Part shown: in pieces, positions 34,201 to 46,900 of the stretch
How positions within the stretch are numbered: position 1 is the first letter of the stretch
Layout: each line of letters begins with the position of its first letter
From: Mantamonas sphyraenae STR306
Lineage: Eukaryota; Protista; CRuMs
Assembly (NCBI GenBank): GCA_026936335.1
Contig: JAPMXV010000045.1
Location: 1 to 64,000, forward strand
Reading direction: 5' to 3'
Length of the DNA stretch: 64,000 nucleotides
The notes under the pieces: model-generated
Seen by the model: only the letters and a program-made list of their open reading frames with translations
Told to the model about the DNA's origin: nothing
Databases searched by the model: none
Program-made: the position numbers and the translations under genes

Positions 34201-37200
34201 AGCAGTAGCAGCAGCGAGGACGAGGGTCAAGGACCAGAGGATAGTGAGGTGGATGACGAATCGGAAGAGCAGTTGGATCCAGAGGCAGAGTTTGCAGAGG
34301 CGGTGCGCATGCTGATGTGGACAGCGACGCCCGAGAGCGTCGTGCGTTCCCAGTCGGCAGAGCTGGAGAAGCTGTACTTTGCACAGCAGGTGCACAACGA
34401 CCTGCCCACCTTGCTGAATGCCGTGCTGGACGACCAGCAAGCGTCGCTGCCGTGGTTTGACCGCCTCGGCTTCCAGCTGGTTGTGACCACGTACGTGCCG
34501 CTGGGCGAAGACATGCGTGCGCTGACAAGCCAGGTGCACTCGTGGGTGGAAGATGTCGAGGCGATGGAGGACCGCGCTGCACGCAAGGAGGCCGGCCTTG
34601 GTGACCACGAACAAGACGAGGCTGCGTTTGGCGAGGGTGTCGAGGAGGTGCACGTGTCGCTGGACGAGGAGGAGGAGGAGCTGGACGGCAAGGGCAAGCA
34701 GCAGGCGACCGTGCAGGAAGCCGGCGATTCGCACGACGACATGGCCAAGGGAGATGCACTACAGGAGGAGATCCTGCGCAAAGAGGTGCCTGTCAACGCC
34801 ACCGTCCTCAAACTGCACGAGTTTAGCACGGAAATGGAGTTTACATCACAGGTACAGGCGTTCTTCAAAGGCGAAGACGAGGACGAGGATGACGGCGAGG
34901 GGATCACAGGCACCGATCCGAATGCACACGCCCTGCTCGTGGTCGATTGTGACCCGAAGGCATCGAGTGTGCAGAGGATCAAGCACGCGACGTACATCTG
35001 CGAAAAGGAGAGGAACGAACACGCAAAGCGCACGTGGAAACAGCGTGCGGAAGGCGGGGTGGACGCACGCACTCCCGTGACACACAAACATCTGCTTGTG
35101 GTTGTGCACATGGCCCGTGTGGAGCCAGGCACACCCAACATGTTTTCGTTCGACTTTGACTCGCGATGGAACTACGTCTTTTTGGACGATCTGTCGCCGG
35201 CCACGCGCAGCAACATGTTGCAGACGACCGAGATGCTGCACGGTACAGAGATGGACCTGTTGCACCAAATCACAGTGATGCCTCTGCTCGTCGAGTCGTA
35301 CCGCTCCTGTCTGGCTCGCATGATCTACCCGTTTGAACGCACATCTGTCGAGGTGCAGGAGCAACTGGGCATGATCCGCGCCCTGTTTGACGATGACGCA
35401 TTCATGAACGTGCTGCAAAAGCGTATCCTGGACCTGTGTGCAGGTGCGGCGGGCGCTGGGTCGAGTGCATCTGCCGGTGGCGCGGCCTCGTCGTCGTCGT
35501 CGGGTGCGGCCGCACAGTCGTCCGCAGCAAGCGACGCGGCCGGGTGGCAGCTTGCAGTGGCGATGGATGCACGTGAAGTTGCACACGCCAACACATTCCG
35601 CTCCGCGCTCTTCCGACGCCTGAGCTCGCAGGTGACCAATGTTTTCACGCAGCTGTTGGCGCATGTGGATCGCAACTTCAACCTTGGCCTGTACTGCAAC
35701 AGCACGGGCAACAAGCGTGTGCGCAGGCTGTTCCTGACTCTGTTTGGCGACCCGTCTGTGTGCGCCGTGGAAATCATGGACCGCAGTGACGGACGTCACT
35801 TTGTGCGCAACGACGGCGTGGGCAAGAAGCAATTCCATGCCCAGTTTCCGTTTTCGCACGTGTTTATCTCTCGCATCGAACAGATGCGCGTCGAGGTGGA
35901 GAAGCTGCAAGCAGAGGTGTCCGACTCCATTGAGGCACAGCTGCGCACGCTTTACGGGTCGCTGATGACCGAAAACATGGACGAGGAGCTGCTTGGGTAC
36001 TACCTGCACGACTATGTCAATGTCCGAGGCTACGTGACGCGTGTGCCCGAGGCCCAGCAGATTGACATTTACGCAAACCTGCTGCGCAAGGCATGCACGC
36101 GCGACGTGCTCAACGTGGGCGAGGTGCACGCTACGTACTGGCGCATCGAGAGCGAGCTTCAGCATGTGTTTACACTGTTGGATCTGTTCCCCAACGTTGT
36201 GGACTCGTTCGTGGCAACGCTGCATGACACGGCGCTGGCGTACGCAGACGTGGCGCCCGCGCTTGTGGAGCTCGTGCTGTCGTCGCTGCGTCCGGAGGAG
36301 CCGTGGGAAACGGCGCAGGCACAGCATTTGTGGGCACGCAGCATCTCCACAGCACAGCCTAGCATTGCCACCATGCTGGGCAGCAAGAAGAGCAGCACAC
36401 GCGCCGCAGACCTGTGGAACCAACTCGAACAACTTTTGTACGTGCGCCTGTTTCTCATCCACATCTCGCTGCCGATGCAGCTGGATCCGTTTGACGGCTT
36501 TGAGCTTGCACAGATTCTGGATGGGCGCAGCTTCCAAGCCAAAGCGACCTTTGACGAGATTGTGGGCTTTTTTGACGGCATCGTGCTGCAGCAGCGCAAC
36601 GCAGACAAGGGGCGCGCGGTGCACGACGTGCGCCGTCAGTGTGCATGGCTCATCGAGATGTACGTGACGCAATTCTGCCTCAACGTGCGCGTGGAGCCGC
36701 AGTGCCTGGAGGAGGCCGAGGAGGATCTCGTGCGCGACTTTGTGTACATGGTGTCGGACAAGAACCCGCTGTTCTTCCCCATCAACGAGTACGGCCTGCG
36801 CATGAGCTACGCGCTGAAAAATTACATCCTGACGGTGGTGCTGGGCTCGCACAGCGAGCGCGCCAAACAGTGCCACGCGTGGTTCTCGGATGCTCTGGAG
36901 AACCTGGAAAGCGAAGGGTCCATCTTGTTTGTGCAGTGTGTGGAGGACCGACTGCGAGAGCAGTGGAGCGGCGCGTTTGCAGCAGGCGCTCGTGAAGTCG
37001 GCGCCGGTCTGGATCTGGCTCTGCTTCGCACGGCAAGCACAGCAGACGTGTCCCAGATCCTCAATGCACTGGGACAGGCTCGCTTTGTGCTGACCCAGTT
37101 CGCGGAGGAGCTGTCTCAGGCACATGCGCTGCAAATGGAGGGTGCAGGCGAGGAGGTCTATGCACAGGACGACGGGGCGCTGGTACAGCTGGTCAACGCC

Positions 37201-38384
37201 ATGTTGGGCGAGGAAGACGCACACTACCTTCGCATCTTCCTGATGAAGCAGATTGCACGCCGTGGAGGCCCTGCGTACGCGCAAGAGGTGATGAAGAACG
37301 CACGCGTGCTTGAGCAGCTGCCGTGGATTGCCGAATGGGTCCAGGACCTGCGGGTGAACCGATTCATGCGCAAGCGCTACATCCTGGGCATGGATCCGTT
37401 CCTGCCTGAGCGCGGATACGAGGAGGTGCGCCAGCTTGTGCTGAAGCTGATCGAGGGTGACGCCTCGGAGCTGGACGTGTACTGTCAAGAGCACCACGGT
37501 GAACCGCGCGTCAAGACGCTGCTGCTGCTTGCTGCGTTCCAAGAAGTGTACCTGCTGCACACGACGGACGACGAGCCGGCACAGGCGGCTGTGTTTACAG
37601 ACTGGGTGCACAACCAGCAATTCTTGACCACCAAAGAGCGCAGCTTTTTCCGCCGCTTCGCCGGCAACAACTTTTCCGATGGCTCGTTCTTGAAGATCGA
37701 CCAGCAAACAGATGCACAGCGGCTGCTGCTTCTCACGGTGGTTTTCCACCTTGTGGCCGTGGTGATGGGAGGTCCGGCGGACTCGCCTCTGCACGCGCTG
37801 TACCACCAGCCGTCCAGCCTGGCGTCCACGTTCCTGCCCACCATGCCCGAGGACGAACGCGAAATGCTGATGGACATCCTGGAAGGTGGTTGGTACGAGT
37901 GTCCCAACGGACACACGTACTACGTGAGTGAGTGCGGCAAACCCATGCAGGAGTTCAAGTGCCCCACGTGCGGCGAGCAGATCGGCGGCCAGGACCACGT
38001 GCTGGACTCGACAAACACCGTGGCCAGTCGCGGTGGCCAGTCGCCGCCAGGCTACGTTCTGCAGGAGGTGGCCAGCGAAGCCGAAAAGTTTGTTGTCGAA
38101 CGCAGCCTGAACCCGTCGTCGTACCGCATGCTGCGCCTGTTTGTGGACTCGCTGCTGATGATGAGCAGCGTGTCGCAAGACAAGAACGTGGGTCAGGTGT
38201 TCAACAAGAACTTCCAAGTGCCGCAGAATGCGGCGCAGTTCCTTCTCTCTGCAACACGCAAGGACTGGCGTCTGCTGTGTGCCATCCTCAACCGAAACGA
38301 AGAGGAGGTCACCATCGCCCTGCACATGATTGTGAGCAGTGTGGGCGGCGGTGTAGCAAGCAAGTTTGAGCCCCAGGAAGACAC

Positions 38385-38427
<43 letters not shown>

Positions 38428-40173
38428 GGTGACACAAGCACATCGACAGCCCTGCCCGATGGCATGGATCTGACGTACCTAGACAGCAGCGAGAAGCGAC
38501 TGGCGTGGGAAAAGTGGATCCACTTCCAGCACATTCTGCCGCACACAGAGCATCTGGACCAGCTGTTGAGCGAATACTACGACGGATACAAGGAACAGGA
38601 CACGATGCTGCTGGAGTTCCGCGAGAACCAAGACGTGGCTGTGATGCGCGAGTCGCACCAGTCGCATGTGCCCCTGCTCATGCGCTACCGCAATCACGTG
38701 AGCATGGAACACTTCCGCACGGTGCTCAACCTGACCCCAGAGAACAAGACCGCCTTCCCCGTGCTGAGCCTGTTCTTGGCCGAGGAGGCCCAGTTGTTTG
38801 CCTTGCGCTACCTGCCAGATATCATTCGTTTTCAGCGACTGCTGTGTCTGCGTTTCGAGCGACTGATCGACCGCGAGACGGCCATGGAAAAGACCATCGG
38901 TTCGGTGCTGGCGGAGATCGAAGCCGAGGGCGACCAAGAGGCGACGGCCGAGTGGAACAAGAGTTTCATGGGCTTCCGCCACGCATGGAACCTGTCTTGG
39001 CGCTTTGTGCAGCAGTACGGTTGCCTGCAGATCCCCGCGATGTTCCAAGACATCATGATCAACGAGGAGACGCCTCTGATTTTTGCCATGCAGACGGAGC
39101 AGGACGAAGGCATCTGCCCGCTTGCACTGCTGCAGTACCTTGTGGAGAAACACAATGCGTTCATCGAGCGCATGGGCCAGATTCTGGAGTGGCGCAACCT
39201 TGGATCGGTTGGCCAGACCGAGAACGTGGAGTACCGTGTGCCGTCGCATCTGCTGGACACGTCGCATCTCATTCGCCTGCAAGAGGACACGCTGCTGAAC
39301 CTGTTGACGCTGAACAGCACGCAGTCGCTGGAGTACGGCGCAGGCGCGCAGGTTTCGTATGATTTCGAGCGCATCGAGAAGCAACTTGTCGACGACATCC
39401 TGCTGGGCAAGCCACTCATCGACCTGACGGTGGACAGCTTCACCTATGCCAACGAAGCTCGCATGAGTGGCGCATTGGCCGAGATGAGCATCCGCATCCC
39501 GCAGCTGGAGCTGACGCCCGATGTGAAGAAGCAAATCCTGGCCGAACTTGGTTCGATGCACGGCGTGCGCCACGCCTTCCAGCTGGTGGAGATTTGCATT
39601 GGATTCCTGCTCGCCGGTAGCAGCGAGAACGCAAGTGTGGCTGGCACCCTGAGTATGGCCGAGTATGTGAAGAACACGCTCCTGATCACCGATTGCGGCG
39701 AGCTGACGGGCGGCTCAGCGATGGAAAAGTATGTGCAGTTGCACCACCTGTCGTCGCTGTGGAACGTGCTGGACCGCAGGCTGCACGGCGACGCCGACGT
39801 GTTCCTGGCCGTCCGCGAGAACTACAAGAAGAGCATGTCGGAGCAGGACAAGATGTACGTGGTGCAAGCTGCGTCGCGCATGTCGGGCGACCAGGCTGCC
39901 CTCCTGTTGCGCCTGTGGAAGGAGTTTATCCTCAACAATCTGAACGAACGTGCAGGCCAGATGCCAGCCGGCCTGGGCCTCAAGGATGTCCTCGGCTACA
40001 TCGAGGTCGGCGACCAGGAGCTCGGGGAGTTTGACTGGTTCCAGAGCTGCTTTGACCCCGCCGGAGTGCTCAAGCTCAGTGTCAGTGTGGATGCATGGAA
40101 GGCTGTGTCGAGTGCATGTGGAAGTGACGAACAGGAGGAGAACGGCAAATCGTCATCGTCTTCCAGGCAGTAG
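25223..40173 (+). CDS. RNF213/mysterin-like giant AAA+ ATPase and RZ-finger E3 ligase (~4,950 aa) with N-terminal CBM20-like domain
   Basis: 4794-aa ORF whose frame stays open upstream to an acceptor at 25331. CBM20-like ITFHL...VCLRGSLPQLGGF...FEYKY...WEDGENR. P-loops AGGGKT, GETGCGKS (Walker B FLDEVNT) and GKPGSSKS (LLDEVGLAE). Family motifs ACNPYR, YRVYPLP, VSLRDVAR, ISNWELDPAKMNR, FFGLRDFY, GSDFPDD, PLLNRFEKQ. RZ finger at ~37891-37998. Confidence 0.93.
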
Positions 40174-40316
40174 CAGCGCGTACAGTAAGGGACACCAAAT
40201 GGATGGCAAATTTCTTCATTGCGTTGATGAGAGTGTGTGTTGTTATGGTGATGGATGTGTGAATGAAGTGTGCATGAATGAACGAAGAACGTTGGCATTG
40301 CTGGATGCGAACGCCA

Positions 40317-43300
40317 TCAAAACTCGCTCTCAATGCCCGCAGTCACCTGCAGGAACGCCTCCTCCAGCGTGGTGTTGGACACGCCGTAGTCGGAAATGGA
40401 CAGCTCCTCCTTCTTCTCCTCAATGCCACCAAAGAGCTCGGCCAGGGTGACGACGCTGCTGTCGACGTCAAAGTTCTGTGTGCCGGCAAGCGAGTTGAGC
40501 TTGTCTGCAGAGCCCTTGGAGAGCTCGTTCATGAACTGCTCCACCTCCTCCTCGCGGCCAACTTGGCAAGTAAGCGTGACCTTGAAGCCCTTGCCGTAGC
40601 GAGACTTGAGTTGGGCCGAGGAGCCAAGCGCCTTGAGCTCACCCTGGGCAAAGATGGCCAGGGCGTCGCACAGCGCGTCGGCCTCCTCCATTGCGTGGGT
40701 GGTCAGAAGCACGCACGCCTTCTTCTTGTACGCATTGATGACGTCCCACAGCTCGCGACGAGACCCTGGGTCCAGACCTGTCGTCGGCTCGTCCAGCAGA
40801 ACCAGGGCCGGGTTGCCCATGAGACTGCAGGCCACACTGAGGCGACGCTTCATGCCACCCGAATACTGCTTGCTGAATTTGGGCAGAGTGGACTTTTCGT
40901 GCAAGCTCACGTCCTTGAGGCCCTGCATGACGGCCTCTTCCAGCTCGCTGCCGCTCAAGTTCTTCAAGCGACCGTAGAACAGCAGGTGCTCACGTCCGGT
41001 GAGGTCGTCCCACAGGATGTTGTCCTGCGGGCAGACACCCATGTTCTGGTGAATCAGCTCCATCTGGGTGCGCAGGTCCAGGCCGAACACCTTGGCTGTG
41101 CCAGAGGTGGGGCCGAAGTTGCCGCTCAGCATGCTGATGGTGGTGGACTTGCCTGCGCCGTTGGGGCCCAGGAAGCCGAAGCAGGTGTTGGGCGGCACGC
41201 GCAGGCTCAGGTTCTTGACAGCCACCTTGTCCGGCACGTTGCTGTTGTTGCTCTTGTACACCTTGCGCAGATCCTGGCACACCAGGCCAAAGTCGGCCAG
41301 CTTGTCTGGGTTCTTCACAATGAATTCGCGCTGCTCAGCCACGTCCTCGGGCTCGCCCTCCACCTTTTCCATAATGGAAAAGTCCTCGAAAGCGGCCTGG
41401 GCGTCGTCGTCCTTGACCCAAAAGTCCTTCTGCAGGCAGAACAACGGGCTACGCTTGACACCCACGGCGGACGGGAGCACCGCCTCAAAGTAAAAGGTGA
41501 GGAGCATGAGGACGATCCACTGGATGATGAAAAACACAAAGACCTCGCCCATGGGGGAGTTGGGATCGCCGATCTCGGCCCACTGGAGACCCGGCTGGTC
41601 AAAGCTGACGCCCTGGGAAAAGATGAGCAGGCCACGGAACATGGCAAAGGTGGGCACGCAGCTGATGAAGAAGATGGACACGTAGGGAGTGTCCGGGTTG
41701 GTGAAGTAGTCGCGGATGAGCTGCTGGGCAAGGAGTCCAGAGGCAAACACGTACAGGTAGCCGACAATGGTGACGGTGCGAGCCTTGCCAAACAGGGTGG
41801 AAATGATAAAGGCCTGGGCGACGAGGACATGGCCCCACAGGAAGATAAAGACAAACATGACAGCGGGATCGTTGACGGTGAAGTAGCGGAAGTCGAGGAT
41901 GGCAGCCATGATCCACATGAGGGAGAGGGCGATGAAGTAGAGCATGTAGGAGTAGATGTAGGTGACGAGCCAGTAGACATTCATGTCCAGGCCCATCATC
42001 TTCATGATCTCGCGCAGGCCGCGCTCCTTTTCGTAGACGATGGCCGAGGCGAGCACGGGGAAGATGAGCTGGAAGATGTAGACGTAGAGGAGGGGACCAA
42101 CCAGAGAGATGAGGTCAAAGTCGATGTCAGTGGCCGGGGTGGGCACGTTCTTGCTTCCCTCGTACTCGATCTGCACGCCGGACAACAAGTAGGAGAAGGC
42201 GCTGGTGATGAGGTTGCGGAAGCCCGGGGCGTCAAAGTAGCGTGTCAGGGTGGAGTTGATGACGACGTCAAAGTCGATCTTCTTGTTCGCAGTGTCCACG
42301 GTGTTGAAGACGTAGCCGCCAAAGTAGGACTTCTGGGCCCAGTCGTTGAGCACCTTCTTGTCGTAGGCAGCCACCGAATCGAGGGTGGTGAACTTCATGG
42401 GCGTGGCCTGGAACGGCTTGGTGAAGCACATCTGCAGGGCGCGTCCGCGCTCGAGAAAGACCTTGCCCTGGAGGAAGTTGAGGGTGGAAGGCACGTAGTT
42501 GGTTCCAAACTTGGTAAAGGTGCGGAACTTGCCCAAGAGACCAAAGCCTCCCTCTTGCACCGTGGTGATGTTGGTGTTGGGAATGGTGAAGGGCGTGGTG
42601 GTGTAGTTGCCCAAGGCTGAGCCAGCGTTGTTGACTATGAAGAGCTCGCCTGCGTCAGCCACAGCGCCACCGTTGGTAAACGAACCGGGGCAGTTGTCGT
42701 TGATCACAATGGTCTCGTTGGTCAGGTAGTAGCTGGGCGGGGAGACACGCGGATGATCGATGGCAGGCCGCGTGGCTCCGTCCTGGTCCTGGATGAACGA
42801 GGTCACCAGTTGCTGCAGCAGAAAGAGCAGCAGAATCATCTGTAGGGGGTGGGTGTACCGAGCATGTCAGCCAAACGCTGTAGAGCGGGCGATGCGGGCC
42901 CGCCGCAGATGCAACGGGCCGCTTGGCAACCACAACGGCGGAACACGCTGCCTCCAAAGGGGTAAAAGGGCAGTCCACACGGCACCATTCCCTGCGTGTG
43001 TGCACGTGGAATTGGAAACATGGCCGGGGGCAGTGTGCCAGGCCCTTGCATGCAAGCTGTCGGGCCTAGAGCACCGCTGGGGTTGCTGCGGTTGCCGTTT
43101 CGTCCCACCGTCCATAATCCTCCGAGCAGGCGGAACGGGCGCTGGTGCGATCGGAAACACATCCAGGCGGATGGTACATGCCGTTGGCATAGCAAGCAGC
43201 ATGCCTAAAGGGCTAGTGCACAGGAAATTGCGTTTGCTGGACTGGCCGCGATGCACGGGGTGCCCACCCGGCTTGGGGTGTTCGGAGCCAGCGCATGTTT

Positions 43301-43741
43301 GCGTCGAGGCCGGCTTGACCGCAAGCACAGGCACAGGGGAGGGCAGTCCAGGACGCAAACACACAGATCGGGTATGCAGGCAGGGAAGGGAGAGGGCAGA
43401 AGGAAAACTCACCAGAATGGGAAAGGCAATCTGGGCGGCGTTGGACTTGGTCTGTGGGCAAAAGAATTGTTCCGAAGGGGTCAGGTTCGCGTGCGATGAG
43501 GACAGGTGAACAAGGGAAGGGCACGAGGGGCACAAGGCCATGCACGCACCTGACGCAGCTGGAAGGTGCCGGACTTGCGGATGAGGGCGTTGAACTGGTT
43601 GGCCAACACAGTTCGGCGCGGGAGCTTGATGCTAAGGTCCTTGCGCACAGCCGCACCGTCTCGCTCCGCATGTGCGTCGAGCATCTCAAGGGTCTCGCCC
43701 TCTTCTTTGCCAGTGCTTGTTGTAGCGTTCGGGTTGGCCAT
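40317..43741 (-). CDS. Half-size ABCA-family transporter (1 TMD + 1 NBD)
   Basis: Three predicted exons (43741-~43550, ~43451-43413, 42839-40317). Motifs QFNALIRKS, IVYEKERGLREIMKMMGL, Walker A GPNGAGKST, GVCPQDNILW, YSGGMKRRL, LDEPTTGLDP, LTTHAMEEA. Confidence 0.95.
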
Positions 43742-43911
43742 GCTCTCCTCTGGGTGTATCTTTGAAGGCGTGGGGCGCATGCAACAATGGGTTGGATCCG
43801 TCGAAGCTCGGGTACAGGCTGTTCGGTTGAAACTTTTGTGTGAGCTGGCGCAACGCGATTGGGCTCGGGAAAACAAAACCTACGTCCTGTGAGGAGTGGT
43901 ATACACTCAGT

Positions 43912-43963
43912 GTTGGTTGGTTGGTTGGTTGGTTGGTTGGTTGGTTGGTTGGTTGGTTGGTTG
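43912..43963. repeat. (TTGG)12 / (CCAA)12 microsatellite just downstream of the Fanzor-like ORF
   Basis: Perfect tetranucleotide run starting ~20 bp after the stop codon at 43984. Confidence 0.97.
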
Positions 43964-43983
43964 ACGGTTCTGGTGCCCCGCCC

Positions 43984-46900
43984 TCAGCCCGCGCTCGAAT
44001 TCGCCTCCAGGGTCTCTGCCTCGCCGTCCACGTTCTCTGGCAGACCAATCTTGCTTCGAAACGTCCTTCCGATCTGACTCCGTTGCCAAACCTTGGTCAT
44101 GCACCATATGGTGTGGCCGCGAAGGGCAGCAAACACCTTGTTGGCGATTGCTTGTGCGCTGGCAAAGTCTCTGTGCCTGTGCATGTTGCATCGCTTGCAA
44201 AACTTGACTCGTGCAGTGCGTGCACTTCCGTGCTTGCTCTCGTGCACACTGCCACATGTGGGGCACCTCAGCGTTGTGTTGCACTCGCACACACGAACAA
44301 CGAGCATGTTGTGCGCGGCCAAAGCTTCGAGCTTCTTCACCCCCCCTCGGCCGCCCTTGTATCCGTCACCGATACACAGCAGTGTGATGCGTCGCAGTTG
44401 CCCCTTCCCCAGCTCCATCTTCTCGGTCGCCCGCACCTGAGCCAGCCACCGTTCTCTCATCTTTCGAATCCTTCGTTTCTGTTCGCGTCGATCATGCGTC
44501 TTACTGTCGCCACCCTGGCTGCATCCCTCATGGGAATGAGCGGATGAACCTTGTTCAGACGACGCCACGTTCTTGCCGCTGCACTGGCTCCTCACAACCC
44601 GTCCAATTCTGGCCGCGGTGTGCGCGTCCGCAAACAACCCGGCTCGTTTGCTGCGGAGGACCTGCATCTTCTCACGCACCGCCACAGAGAGCAGTGCATT
44701 GTCGCGCTTCACCCCCGTCCTGCGTTCCATGGCCCCCAGTGACGGTGGTGAAAAACGCCAAGCATCTGCAAAGTGAAGGACATTGTCCTTCTCAACGAGC
44801 TCCTTGCGTGGGATGTACAGAGCTGAAGGCGCATTCGAAATGCCTGGATCCATGGCAAGGAACTGCAGTCGCGCATTGGCCTTGGAGCTCAAGGGGAGGA
44901 GCCGAGAGAACGAGCTCACAACACCGTGCGGGCGCCGCGTGTGCTCCATGGACTCTGGGCACAACTTCAGGGCAATGATCTTGTCCGCCGATTGTGGAAG
45001 CCACTTGCGGAGCAGCTTATGCACAGCCTCGGTCTGTGTTCGAGCCGCTCCGTCGCCGGCCTCTTCCTCGTTCCCACGCTCCCGGCGCTGGTGTGCGGCC
45101 ACGTACATGGCAACCTGGCACAGACGGATAGTCACAGCAGCAACACGTTCGATGAGGCGTCGTTGGTTGCCCTGATCCTCAGTGTGCGCGTCTTTGTCGC
45201 GCCCTCTCGTCTGAGTTCCGTCCAGGGGACCCTTGCCAACAATCGAATAGTTGTATCTGGGTGTGCTATGAGACAGAAACGGTGACGATTGTGCACGCTC
45301 GGCACGTGGTGCATCCTCTAGGAACCGCACGTCACCCTGCAGGAAGCGCAGCAGCAGGGCGTCAGTGACCCGGTCCGTATCTGACGTAGCAGTGGGATGG
45401 AGGAGCAGGTTCAGACACGCACGCAGAGTGGGGAATAGCGAGAGACGTTCATGAGGAAGGATGAGATGTTCAAGGAGGTACAGACGTCGCTGGCCTGGCC
45501 CACCGGGGATTTGCCAGTGACGCACGTTCAAGGCGTGGACCGCAGAGAAGAGGCGAACGGAGAGATGACCGTCATTGACGAAGGGTGTTTTCGAAATCCT
45601 TGGTGCATGCAGGGGGTCCAGCACTGCAAATACGTCAAAGGCGGCAAGGAGTAGCGGGTCTGTGTAGCTGCCCAATTCCTCCCCAGGGATGTTGCGGTCA
45701 TCCTTGTGCGTGACAATACGCGCTGAGCCGTTGGCGCATCTGGATGCACACACTTGCATTGCCTTGATGGCGTCCTGTGAGAACAATGCGCCGCCGGCGC
45801 CGCCGGCGCCGCTGCTGCTGTTCTCGTTCTCATCCCCCATGTTGGCCAGGTGCCACGCAATGGACGCCCTCAGGGCATGCACATGTGCGGTATTTTCAGC
45901 CAGCTTTGCCCCCTTCAGCCACATGCCCACGTCACAATCGCATGGGTCTCCCGCCACGCACTGCAGACACAGGGGTGGGAAGTACTCGCCTTCTTCTGAA
46001 CACGCGCCTGGACTCGAGGTGAGCGCGCCGCAAAGCACTGACCACGCCAGCATTGTGTCCACCCCGTCTTCCCTGCACACAGCCAGCAAACCGTCACACA
46101 GTGCGGAAAGTGCCCAGCGTCCAAATAGCAATTCCCGCTCAAGTGCGAGTTGATGATGAAAAGAGTGCTTGTCCGGGTACAGCTTCCGTGCGGATTGGCA
46201 TGCACTGGCAAGCTTGTAAGCACACTCGTGCGAGGGGACGCTGGAGTCGTTGGAGGCGCTCTTGCCCATCAGTTTCTTGTACTTGTCCACGGACACCCCT
46301 GCCACCTCGCGCAGCACAGCCGCGACCGCGTGCTCGCATGCCTTGCGTGTTGGTGTGTCTGGAACGTCAGTCTCCTCATCCTCATCCCCACCTTGGTGCA
46401 GGCGTTTAACGACGGTCACCACGTCACGGCGCGCGACGTCACCGTCGCTGGCCACAACCAGATCGACCAAGTTGTCAACGGCCTGGTTGATCAGCATGAC
46501 CTTCCAGCTGGTCACCACGAGGGCAGCTCCGCGCCTACACAGGGTTTGAAAGGTGCCACTCGGAAGGATGCGCAGGTCGATGCCTTCCCTCTTTTTTTCG
46601 GCTCCCTGCTCATCCAGATACTCGGCCACGACTCCACCGCTCTGTTTTCTGCTCAACACGAGGTCAGATGTCACAGAGATGTACTTGGGGAACTTGTGGA
46701 GCTTTGGGGTTGCCTGGCATGAGAGATCCATCCCAGGCGCCGCCTTGAGGTAGAATCGGCCTCGTTTGAGCTGGAGACAAGCCGACAGCACGTTCTTGAG
46801 TTCCTTGGTTGGATGAAACGTACCGCACTCGAGCAAGTCACTCTGAATGGCAGTGATCAGCCCAAAGGCGTGCATCATCAGATTCAACTCTTCCACGGCG

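Noticed and set aside
43880-43910. Hairpin read as a Helitron 3' end
   Set aside because: No CTRR terminus at the expected spacing, and no Rep/helicase gene nearby.
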